Assembly (NCBI GenBank): GCA_035316325.1
Contig: DATHJB010000239.1
Span: 2,512-66,511, forward strand
DNA length: 64,000 nucleotides
Reading direction: 5' to 3'
Source of the DNA: Acidimicrobiales bacterium
Lineage (GTDB): Bacteria; Actinomycetota; Acidimicrobiia; Acidimicrobiales; VFJN01
Shown: piece by piece, positions 9,693 to 17,122 of the stretch
Layout: the number at the start of each line of letters is the position of its first letter
How positions within the stretch are numbered: position 1 is the first letter of the stretch
The notes under the pieces: model-generated
Database searches by the model: none
The model's input: the letters and a program-made list of their open reading frames with translations, nothing else
What the model was told of the DNA's origin: nothing
Made by a program: the position numbers and the translations under genes

Positions 9693-10697
9693 GTGTGGGT
9701 TCGGTGCGCGGCGGGTGCCGGTACCGTCTCGCCCGTGGCCAAGGCTCCGGCGATCGAGGTCCAGGTGGGGGAGCGGACGGTGCGGGTCTCCAACCCGGAT
9801 CGCGTGTACTTCCCGGCGACGGGAGCGACGAAGCTCGACCTCGTCGAGTACTACCTGGCGGTCGGGCCGGGCATCGTCAACGCCCTGCGGGAGCGGCCCT
9901 GCATGATGCACCGCTTCCCGACCGGGGTGAGCGGCGAGAAGGTGCACCAGAAGCGGGTGCCGGGCGGGGCGCCGCCGTGGCTGGAGACCGTCAACGTCTA
10001 CTTCCCCCGCTACGGGCGGACCGCCGACGAGCTGTGCGTGACCGAGCTGGCGCAGGTGATCTGGGCGGTGCAGATGTCGACCGTCGAGTTCCACCCCTGG
10101 AACTCCCGGCGGGCCGACGTCGAGAAGCCGGACGAGTGGCGCATCGACCTCGACCCCATGCCGGAGTGCCCGCCCTCCCGGGTGCGGCAGGTGGCCCACG
10201 TCGCCCACGAGGTGCTCGACGATCTGGGCGCCGTCGGCTGGCCCAAGACCTCGGGCGGGCGGGGGCTGCACGTGTACGTCCGCATCGAGCCGACGCACGA
10301 GTTCACCGACGTGCGGCGGGCGGCGCTGGCGTTCGCCCGTGAGGTGGAGCGCCGGGCGCCGAAGGACGTGACGACCACGTGGTGGCGCAAGGACCGCGAC
10401 CCGACGGCGCTGTTCGTGGACTACAACCAGAACGCCCGGGACCACACGATGGCGGCGGCCTACTCGGTGCGGGGCCGGCCCGACGCCACGGTGTCGACGC
10501 CGATTACCTGGGCCGAGATCGACACCGTCGAGCCCGGCGACTGCACGATGGCGACCGTCCCGGCCCGCTTCGCCGAGCTCGGCGACCTCCACGCCAAGAT
10601 CGACGAGGAGGTGTTCGGGATTGACGAGCTCCTCGACTGGGCCACCCGCGACGAGCAGTCCGGCGCCGAGGATCCCCCTCCCCCGGACGAGACCTGA
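9693..10697 (+). CDS. standalone LigD-type primase-polymerase domain protein (NHEJ PolDom)
   Basis: The pattern ...VRVSNPDRVYFP..G.TKLDLVEYY...RFP.G..GEKVHQKR.P...EFHPW...PDEWRIDLDP...KTSGGRGLHVYVRI...FVDYNQN is typical of the LigD polymerase domain. No ligase or nuclease domain is attached. Alternative start GTG 9735. Confidence 0.8.
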   Translation: MWVRCAAGAGTVSPVAKAPAIEVQVGERTVRVSNPDRVYFPATGATKLDLVEYYLAVGPGIVNALRERPCMMHRFPTGVSGEKVHQKRVPGGAPPWLETVNVYFPRYGRTADELCVTELAQVIWAVQMSTVEFHPWNSRRADVEKPDEWRIDLDPMPECPPSRVRQVAHVAHEVLDDLGAVGWPKTSGGRGLHVYVRIEPTHEFTDVRRAALAFAREVERRAPKDVTTTWWRKDRDPTALFVDYNQNARDHTMAAAYSVRGRPDATVSTPITWAEIDTVEPGDCTMATVPARFAELGDLHAKIDEEVFGIDELLDWATRDEQSGAEDPPPPDET

Positions 10698-10802
10698 GTC
10701 ATCTCTGGTCGCCGCGGCGGAGTCGAGTCGCCTGTCGTCGGAGACACGTCGGAGACCGACCACAACTGACTCAAGTCCGTTGGATCGACCACGGATGACT
10801 CG
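10696..10802 (+). repeat. about 100-nt intergenic repeat, copy 2
   Basis: It has the same block order and spacings as copy 1, plus an 11-nt internal duplication (GTCGGAGACAC). It has perfect 8-bp terminal inverted repeats GAGTCATC (10696) and GATGACTC (10794). Confidence 0.6.
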
Positions 10803-10804
10803 GG

Positions 10805-11716
10805 CTATCGGGCCTCGATGGCGGTGTGGAGGGCGGCGAGGAGGGCCTGGACCGAGGGGCGGTGGGCGTCGGCGGTGCGGGTGGCGGTGAAGATCGTGCG
10901 GTGGACGGTCGTGTCGGCGATGGCGCGGACGACGACGCCCGGGTGGGACTCGGGGTGGTTGAGCTCGGGGAGCAGCGTGACCGCCAGGCCGCCGGCGACG
11001 AGACCCAGGCTGACGACGCTGTCGTTGGTGCGGTGCCGGATGTCCGGGTCGAAGCCTCCCAGCTCCCGGCACGTCCGCCGGGTCATCTCCTCCCAGCCCT
11101 CGCCGGGGTGGCCGGTGGTCCACACCGCGCCGGCCAGCGCCGCCAGCGGCACGGCCCGCCGGTGACGCCGCGCCGCCGGGTGGTCCGCCGGCAGCACGAG
11201 GCGGACGGGGTCGTCCCACTGGTCGACGCGGTCGATGCCGGGCGGCCGGGCGTGGGGTTGGTGCTGCCACTCGTCGCCCAGCACCACGTCGACGTCGCCC
11301 AGGGCGAGCGCCGGGAGCGACGTCTCGGGCTCGGCCTCGACCAGCTGGCACTGCAGCTCGGGCGCCTCCCGGGCCAGCGCCCGCATCGCCGGGACGGCGA
11401 CCTGGAGCGCCATCGACTGGAACGAGGCGATGCGCCCCCGGCCGGCCACCCGTCCGGTGGCGGCCGCCAGCTCGGCCTCCGCCCGCTCGGCCCGCGCCAG
11501 CAGCTCGCCGGCGTGGCCCGCAAGGACGAGGGCGGGGTCGGTGAGCCGGACGCCCCGGCCCGACGCCTCCAGCAGCGGCACCCCGGCCTCCCGTTCGAGC
11601 ACCGCGAGCTGCTGCGACACGGCCGACGGCGTGAAGTGCAGCGCCTCGGCCACGGCCGCGATCGTGCCGCGCTCCTGCAGCTCGTACAGCAGCCGGAGGC
11701 GACCGAGGTGGAGCAT
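10805..11716 (-). CDS. LysR family transcriptional regulator
   Basis: N-terminal wHTH ...LRLLYELQERGTIAAVAEALHFTPSAVSQQLAVLEREAGVPLLE followed by a LysR substrate-binding region. It is divergent from an EamA transporter gene. ATG 11716 is preferred over TTG 11722. Confidence 0.85.
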   Translation of the reverse strand: MLHLGRLRLLYELQERGTIAAVAEALHFTPSAVSQQLAVLEREAGVPLLEASGRGVRLTDPALVLAGHAGELLARAERAEAELAAATGRVAGRGRIASFQSMALQVAVPAMRALAREAPELQCQLVEAEPETSLPALALGDVDVVLGDEWQHQPHARPPGIDRVDQWDDPVRLVLPADHPAARRHRRAVPLAALAGAVWTTGHPGEGWEEMTRRTCRELGGFDPDIRHRTNDSVVSLGLVAGGLAVTLLPELNHPESHPGVVVRAIADTTVHRTIFTATRTADAHRPSVQALLAALHTAIEAR

Positions 11717-11737
11717 TGACAAGCAACGCTACTCAAT
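11715..11737. promoter_or_regulatory. AT-rich dyad ATTGA-N13-TCAAT in the LysR/EamA divergent region (candidate LysR box)
   Basis: Inverted repeat read directly from the sequence. It is the lowest-GC stretch of this intergenic region and overlaps the LysR start. LysR regulators typically bind interrupted dyads in their own divergent promoters. Confidence 0.3.
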
Positions 11738-11792
11738 AGGCATCACGAATAAGAGCTGGTCCTAATGGGAGGCCGCCGTCAGGATCGAAGGC

Positions 11793-12671
11793 ATGTCCCG
11801 ACCCGGTGCTCTCCTCTGCCTCGCATCCGCCGCCGCCTTCGGCGCGATGGGCATCTTCGGCAAGCTCGCCTACGACGAGGGCGCCACGGTCGGCACCCTG
11901 CTGGCCGTCCGGTTCCTGGTCGCCGCCCTCCTGTTCTGGCTCCTCGTCGCCGGCTCCGGCCGCATGGGCGACCTGCGGGACCTGCCCCGCCGTGACGTCG
12001 TCGTCGCCCTGGCCCTCGGCGCGGTCGGCTACGGCGCCCAGGCCGCCGGCTACTTCACGGCGCTCGGCCGGCTCGACGCCTCGCTGCTGTCGCTGCTCGT
12101 CTACACGTTCCCGGTCATGGTCGCCGTCGCCGCGATCGTCCTCGGGCGGGACCGGGCCAGCCGCCGTACGACCACGGCGCTGGTGCTCGCCTCCGCCGGG
12201 CTGGTGCTCGTCCTGGCCGGCGCCGCGTCCGGGGCGCTCGACCCCGTCGGCACGGCCCTGGGCCTCGGCACGGCGGTCGTCTACAGCGTCTACGTCCTCG
12301 TGTCGGAGCGACTCGTGAGCCGTCTCACGCCGCTCGCCCTCAGCACGCTGGTCTGCACCGGGGCGGCGGGGTCGCTGACCGTCGGCAGCCTGGCCCTCGG
12401 TTCGTTGCGGCCCGACCGCGTGAGCGCCGCCGGCCTCGGCTGGCTGGGTGGCATCGCCCTCGTGTCGACGGTCGGGGCGGTGGTCCTGTTCTTCGCCGGG
12501 CTCGAGCGGGTAGGACCGACTGCTGCATCGATCCTGTCGACCGTCGAGCCGGTGGTCACCGTCGTGCTTGCTTTCGTCGTGTTCAGCGAGTCGTTCGGGC
12601 CGATGCAGCTCGCGGGTGGGGCGTTGGTCCTGCTGGCGGTGCCGGTCTGCCAGGTCCCCGAAACCGTGTGA
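11793..12671 (+). CDS. EamA/DMT family transporter
   Basis: 292 aa with about 10 hydrophobic helices and two EamA-like halves. The N-terminus ...LLCLASAAAFGAMGIFGKLAY is typical of the family. Confidence 0.8.
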   Translation: MSRPGALLCLASAAAFGAMGIFGKLAYDEGATVGTLLAVRFLVAALLFWLLVAGSGRMGDLRDLPRRDVVVALALGAVGYGAQAAGYFTALGRLDASLLSLLVYTFPVMVAVAAIVLGRDRASRRTTTALVLASAGLVLVLAGAASGALDPVGTALGLGTAVVYSVYVLVSERLVSRLTPLALSTLVCTGAAGSLTVGSLALGSLRPDRVSAAGLGWLGGIALVSTVGAVVLFFAGLERVGPTAASILSTVEPVVTVVLAFVVFSESFGPMQLAGGALVLLAVPVCQVPETV

Positions 12672-12690
12672 ATGTAGGAGAGGACAAGCC

Positions 12691-13602
12691 ATGAACGCAC
12701 CCCTGGAAGGCAAGGTCGCCCTGGTCGCCGGGGCCACCCGAGGCGCCGGACGCGGCATCGCCGTGCAGCTCGGCGCCGCCGGAGCCACCGTGTACTGCAC
12801 CGGGCGGACCACCCGGGCGGAGCGCTCGGAGATGGATCGGCCGGAGACGATCGAGGAGACCGCCGAACTGGTCGACGCGGCTGGCGGTCACGGCATCGCC
12901 GTGCGGGTCGACCACCTGGTGCCCGCCGAGGTGGAGGCGCTGGTGGCCCGCATCGACGCCACCCACGGCGCCCTCCACGAGCTCGTGAACGACATCTTCG
13001 GCCTCACCGTGATGGAGTGGGACAAGACGGTGTGGGAGTCGTCGCTGGACGTCGGGCTGCGGACGTTCCACCTCGCCGTCGACAGCCACGCCATCACCAG
13101 CCACTTCGCCCTGCCGCTGCTGATCCGGCAGCCGGGTGGCCTCGTGGTGGAGGTCAACGACGGCACCGACGAGTACAACGCCGACAACTACCGGGTCTCG
13201 TTCTTCTACGACCTCGCCAAGGCGGCGGTCGGGCGGATGGCGTTCGCCCTGGCCCACGAGCTGGAGCCCCACGGGGCGACGGCGGTGTCGCTCACGCCGG
13301 GGTGGCTGCGGTCGGAGGCGATGCTCGACGTCTACGGGGTGACCGAGTCGACCTGGCAGGACGCCACGAAGGCCCAGCCCCACTTCGCGATCTCGGAGAC
13401 GCCCCACTACGTCGGCCGGGCCGTGGCAGCGCTGGCGGGCGACTCCGACCGGGCCCGCTGGAACGGGGAGTCGCTGTCGAGCGGGCAGCTGGCCCAGGTC
13501 TACGGCTTCACCGACCTCGACGGCAGCCGGCCCGACGCCTGGCGCTACATCGTGGAGGTCCAGGACGCGGGCAAGCCCGCCGACGTCACCGGCTACCGGT
13601 GA
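12691..13602 (+). CDS. SDR family oxidoreductase
   Basis: ATG 12691 is preceded by GTAGGAGAGG. It carries the Rossmann motif GKVALVAGATRGAGRGIA. The track ORF start at 12568 overlaps the upstream gene and is rejected. Confidence 0.8.
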   Translation: MNAPLEGKVALVAGATRGAGRGIAVQLGAAGATVYCTGRTTRAERSEMDRPETIEETAELVDAAGGHGIAVRVDHLVPAEVEALVARIDATHGALHELVNDIFGLTVMEWDKTVWESSLDVGLRTFHLAVDSHAITSHFALPLLIRQPGGLVVEVNDGTDEYNADNYRVSFFYDLAKAAVGRMAFALAHELEPHGATAVSLTPGWLRSEAMLDVYGVTESTWQDATKAQPHFAISETPHYVGRAVAALAGDSDRARWNGESLSSGQLAQVYGFTDLDGSRPDAWRYIVEVQDAGKPADVTGYR

Positions 13603-13619
13603 TGCCGACGGGCCCATGC

Positions 13620-14228
13620 TCAGTCGCTCGTCGTCAGGGTGGACCACAGCAGCTGGACGAGGTGGTCGCTGCCGGAGGGGTGCGTCCGGAGGGTGTGGGC
13701 GGCGGCCAGGAGGGCGTCGAGGCTGCCGGTGTCGAGGTCCGGACGCACCGCGCCGGCCCGCTGGGCGCGGCGGAGCAGCGTGGCGAGCGTCCTGCGCAGT
13801 TCGGCGGCGGGCTCGGCGACAGCGGCGTCGATGTCGCCACTCTCGCGGCGGAGGCGGTCGGCGAGAGCGTGGCTGGCGGCGCCCTGCTCGACGACGACGG
13901 TGAGCGCGGCGACGAGGGCTGCCGCCGGGTCGTCGTCACCGGCCCGGGCGTGGGCCTGCACGGTGGCCGCGAGCTGCTGCACCCGCTCGGCCACCGTCGC
14001 GTCGATCAACGCCGCCTTGGTGGGGAAGTGCCGGTGCAGGGTGCCGGGGCCGAGGCCGGCGCGGCGGGCGATCTCGTCGAGCGACACGGCGAGGCCGTCC
14101 CGGTCGAAGGTCTCGGCGGCGACGGCGAGGATGCGGGCACGGTTGGCGACGGCGTCGGCGCGGGCTGGTCGCTCCGGTGCTACGTTGATCTCGGAAGCGG
14201 GGCGCGTGCCCCGTTTAGCCCTCGCCAT
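13620..14228 (-). CDS. TetR/AcrR family transcriptional regulator
   Basis: N-terminal HTH ...RARILAVAAETFDRDGLAVSLDEIARRAGLGPGTLHRHFPTKAALI. Confidence 0.85.
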   Translation of the reverse strand: MARAKRGTRPASEINVAPERPARADAVANRARILAVAAETFDRDGLAVSLDEIARRAGLGPGTLHRHFPTKAALIDATVAERVQQLAATVQAHARAGDDDPAAALVAALTVVVEQGAASHALADRLRRESGDIDAAVAEPAAELRRTLATLLRRAQRAGAVRPDLDTGSLDALLAAAHTLRTHPSGSDHLVQLLWSTLTTSD

Positions 14229-14251
14229 CGGAGCGGAGCCTAGGAGGAGCC

Positions 14252-14650
14252 ATGCCGCTGACGGTCGACGACCGCCTGTCCATCCACGAGCTGGTCGCGC
14301 TGCACGGCCACCTGGCCGACGAGCGCCGGGAGGACGAGCTGCACCTGCTCCTCACCGAGGACGCCACCTACGACATCTCGGCCTACGGGATGGGTGTGGT
14401 CCGGGGCCTCGACGCTCTGGTGAAGCTGTTCGCCGAGCGTCCCGGCCAGCAGCCCGCGGGCCACCACGTGACCAACGTGATCGTCACCGCGGGGGCCGAC
14501 GACGACGGCAGCGCCACCGTCCGCTCGAAGGGCCTCGCCGTCATGCCCGACGGCACCACCGGCACCGTCACCTACGCCGACGAGGTCGTCCGCACCCCCG
14601 CCGGCTGGCGCATCTCCCTCCGCACCGTCATCCCGGCCCGCGCCGACTGA
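14252..14650 (+). CDS. SnoaL-like / NTF2-fold protein
   Basis: 132 aa. The N-terminal DRLSIHELVALHGHLAD pattern and the size are typical of SnoaL_4/NTF2-like proteins. It is divergent from the TetR gene with only 23 nt between the two starts. Confidence 0.6.
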   Translation: MPLTVDDRLSIHELVALHGHLADERREDELHLLLTEDATYDISAYGMGVVRGLDALVKLFAERPGQQPAGHHVTNVIVTAGADDDGSATVRSKGLAVMPDGTTGTVTYADEVVRTPAGWRISLRTVIPARAD

Positions 14651-14690
14651 CCGCGCCACCAGCGTCGACGGCCAGCGTCGGCTTGCGGTT

Positions 14691-15419
14691 TCAGGCGGTG
14701 ATGGAGCGCAGGGCGCCGGGCCGGAGGCCGATGAGCAGGTCGAGGGCGGCCCGGGCCGTGTCGTCCGCGGGGACGTAGACGATGATCCGTTGGCTGTCGA
14801 GGTGCAGCGTCTCGTAGAGCAGCCGCAGCTCACCCACCTCGGGATGGGCGAAGCGCTCGGTTCCGGTGCGGCGCTCCGGGCCGGCAGCGGCCGTCATCCG
14901 ATCGGTGAACTCCGCGCCCGCGAGGACGGTCAGCTCGTCGGTGATGGCCTGCATGTGCTCGTTGGTCGGGGGGAAGGCGGACCTGAGCACCGTCAGCTGC
15001 TCGTCGGCGACCCTGGCCCAGTCGGGGAACGCCTGCTTGGCCCGGGGGTCGGCGAACAGGTAGTGGACCAGGTTCGGGTTCTCGCCGTCGAGGATGCCCA
15101 GGGGACGGGCCAGCACCTCGTAGGCGGCGGTGTAGGCGAGGACGTCGGTCGCGCGGTTGCAGAGCAGGGCCGGGGCCGGCTCCAGCTGGTCCAGGATGGC
15201 CTGGACCGTCGGGCGGACCTCGCGGGACGGGGGCTGGTTGCTCGGGCAGGGGGCGAAGCTCTCACCCGCGGCGGCCTTGGCGGCGAAGAGGAGGTGGGTG
15301 CGCTCTTCCGGCGTGAGCATCAGGGCGTCGGCCAGCGCGCCCAGGATCTGCGCCGACGGGTTGTGGTCGCGGCCCTGCTCGATCCGGGTGAGGTACTCGA
15401 CGCTGATCCCGGCGAGCAT
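14691..15419 (-). CDS. MmyB-like (XRE-HTH + ligand-binding domain) transcriptional regulator; true 5' end uncertain
   Basis: ...LAGISVEYLTRIEQGRDHNPSAQILGALADAL... is followed by an MmyB-type C-terminal domain. The HTH clearly continues upstream of ATG 15419 (in-frame ...IRDKREAITPADVGLPAGPRRRTPGLRRAELA), but there is no ATG, GTG or TTG before the stop at 15552-15554. Confidence 0.7.
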   Translation of the reverse strand: MLAGISVEYLTRIEQGRDHNPSAQILGALADALMLTPEERTHLLFAAKAAAGESFAPCPSNQPPSREVRPTVQAILDQLEPAPALLCNRATDVLAYTAAYEVLARPLGILDGENPNLVHYLFADPRAKQAFPDWARVADEQLTVLRSAFPPTNEHMQAITDELTVLAGAEFTDRMTAAAGPERRTGTERFAHPEVGELRLLYETLHLDSQRIIVYVPADDTARAALDLLIGLRPGALRSITA

Positions 15420-15642
15420 CGCCAGCTCGGCGCGGCGCAGCCCCGGGGTCCGGCGGCGTGGGCCGGCGGGCAGCCCGACATCCGCCGGCGTGATCGCCTC
15501 ACGCTTGTCCCTGATGAAGTGCTGAGTCCGTTCTGACCCACCTTCGTGACGCTACCGGCTGCTCGAGAGCTGATCGTGGCCCTGTCAGGGCGCGTCTCAG
15601 CCCGGTCTCCCTCCGTCGGCCGGAAGTCGGGATCCTGGCGGC

Positions 15643-16227
15643 ATGACGACCTCACTGAACATCGCAGTGATCATCGGGAGCGTGCGCGACGGGCGGTTCG
15701 GGCCGACCGTCGCCGAGTGGCTCCTCTCGCGGATCGAGGGCCCCTTCGAGGTCGACGTCATCGACCTGGCGGACGTGAAGCTCCCGTTGAACATGCCGTC
15801 CTACGGCGGGCAGCCGTCCGCCGAGGTGGCGGAGGTGCTGACCGAGCTCACGCCCCGCCTGGAGAACGCCGACGCCTTCGTGGTCATCACACCCGAGTAC
15901 AACCACAGCTTCCCGGCGTCGCTGAAGAACCTGATCGACTGGCACTTCACCCAGTGGCAGGCCAAGCCGGTGGGCCTGGTCTCCTACGGCGGGCTGTCGG
16001 GCGGCCGGCACGCCATCGAGCACCTGCGCCACGTGTTCGCCGAGCTGCACGCGATGACGCTGCGCGACACCATCAGCGTCACCAGGTACTTCGAGCAGTT
16101 CGACCAGGACGGGAAGCTGATCGACCCGACCGAGCTCAACGCCGCCGCCAAGACCCTCCTGACCCAACTCGAGTGGTGGGCCACGGCGCTCGCCGAGGCC
16201 CGCGAGAAGCGCCCCTTCGCGGCCTAG
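15643..16227 (+). CDS. NAD(P)H-dependent FMN reductase family oxidoreductase
   Basis: N-terminus LNIAVIIGSVRDGRFG and the block ...VVITPEYNHSFPASLKNLIDW... are characteristic of the family. Confidence 0.8.
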   Translation: MTTSLNIAVIIGSVRDGRFGPTVAEWLLSRIEGPFEVDVIDLADVKLPLNMPSYGGQPSAEVAEVLTELTPRLENADAFVVITPEYNHSFPASLKNLIDWHFTQWQAKPVGLVSYGGLSGGRHAIEHLRHVFAELHAMTLRDTISVTRYFEQFDQDGKLIDPTELNAAAKTLLTQLEWWATALAEAREKRPFAA

Positions 16228-16270
16228 TCATCGAGGCGTCGGCCTCGAGGGCGGCTCACGGACGGGGTGC

Positions 16271-17002
16271 GTGGAGCGTTGTAGAGGTATGGACGTCGAC
16301 GTCGGTGCGAGGGTGAAGGGGATCGACTGGGCGGGGGTGGGCGCCGGGCTCGACGAGCTGGGCCTCGCTCCGGTGGGGGAGGTCCTCGGGAGCGACGGGT
16401 GTCGGGACCTCGTGGGGCTGTACGGCCAGGACGAGCGGTTCCGGTCGACGATCGACATGGCGCGGTACCGGTACGGGGAGGGTCAGTACCGGTACTTCGA
16501 CCACCCGCTGCCCGACGTCGTGCGGGACCTGCGGGCGGCGTTCTGGCCCCACCTCCTCGACATCGCCCGCACCTGGGCCGAGCGTCGCGGCCAGGAGGCG
16601 CCCTGGCCCGACGAGTTCGACGAGTGGCTCGACCGGTGCCACGCCGCCGGCCAGCGTCGGCCCACGCCGCTCATCCTGCGCTACGGCCCCGGCGACTGGA
16701 ACGCCCTCCACCAGGACCTCTACGGCGACCTCGTGTTCCCGCTCCAGGTCGTGATCGGTCTGAACCGCCCCGGACAGGACTACACCGGCGGCGAGTTCGT
16801 GGTGGTCGAGCAGCGGCCCCGTGCCCAGTCGCGGGCCACGGCCAGCACCATCGAGCGGGGCCACGGGATCGTGTTCACCACCCGTGACCGCCCCGTCCGG
16901 TCGGCCCGGGGATGGGCCAAGGCCCCGTTGCGCCACGGCGCCAGCGTCGTCCGCTCCGGCCATCGCCACACCCTCGGGCTGGTCTTCCACGACGCCCGCT
17001 GA
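16271..17002 (+). CDS. 2OG-Fe(II) oxygenase family protein
   Basis: ...ARYRYGEGQYRYFDHPLP...GDWNALHQDLYG...RHGASVVRSGHRHTLGLVFHDA fits a 2-oxoglutarate/Fe(II) oxygenase (His-x-Asp...His) group common in actinobacteria. The start is uncertain (alternative ATG 16289). Confidence 0.6.
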   Translation: MERCRGMDVDVGARVKGIDWAGVGAGLDELGLAPVGEVLGSDGCRDLVGLYGQDERFRSTIDMARYRYGEGQYRYFDHPLPDVVRDLRAAFWPHLLDIARTWAERRGQEAPWPDEFDEWLDRCHAAGQRRPTPLILRYGPGDWNALHQDLYGDLVFPLQVVIGLNRPGQDYTGGEFVVVEQRPRAQSRATASTIERGHGIVFTTRDRPVRSARGWAKAPLRHGASVVRSGHRHTLGLVFHDAR

Positions 17003-17073
17003 GGGGCCTTCACCCGGCGGATCCTGCTGGGCGAGAGCCTGGACAGCTCCCGGCAAGGCCGCCTACGCTCCGG

Positions 17074-17089
17074 AGCAATCGCTTGGTTG
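17074..17089. promoter_or_regulatory. operator-like site 1 (AGCAATCGCTTGGTTG)
   Basis: Contains the exact 14-mer CAATCGCTTGGTTG. It lies 33 nt upstream of the ALDH start. Confidence 0.5.
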
Positions 17090-17122
17090 TGTACGTCGAC
17101 GAGCACGGGGACGGTGAGGTAC

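Noticed and set aside
9642-9734. Looked for a RecA-independent (PafBC-type) DNA-damage promoter motif (TGTCRGTG-N8-TAnnnT) in the pafA/PolDom divergent region
   Set aside because: Only a loose resemblance is present (..GTTCGGTG..), and no TAnnnT lies at the required spacing. The motif is not supported.
9651-11726. 691-aa minus-strand ORF spanning the PolDom and LysR loci
   Set aside because: It is antisense to PolDom and out of frame with the LysR gene. The composition is Arg/Pro/Gly-dominated and no domain is present.
12657-12671. CCGAAA-containing sequences at 12657 (EamA 3' end), 54770 (after the FdR stop) and 8138, considered as solo half-copies of the palindromic repeat
   Set aside because: Each shares only 7-12 nt with the repeat arm and has no partner arm. 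They are mentioned in one finding as weak look-alikes and are not called as features.
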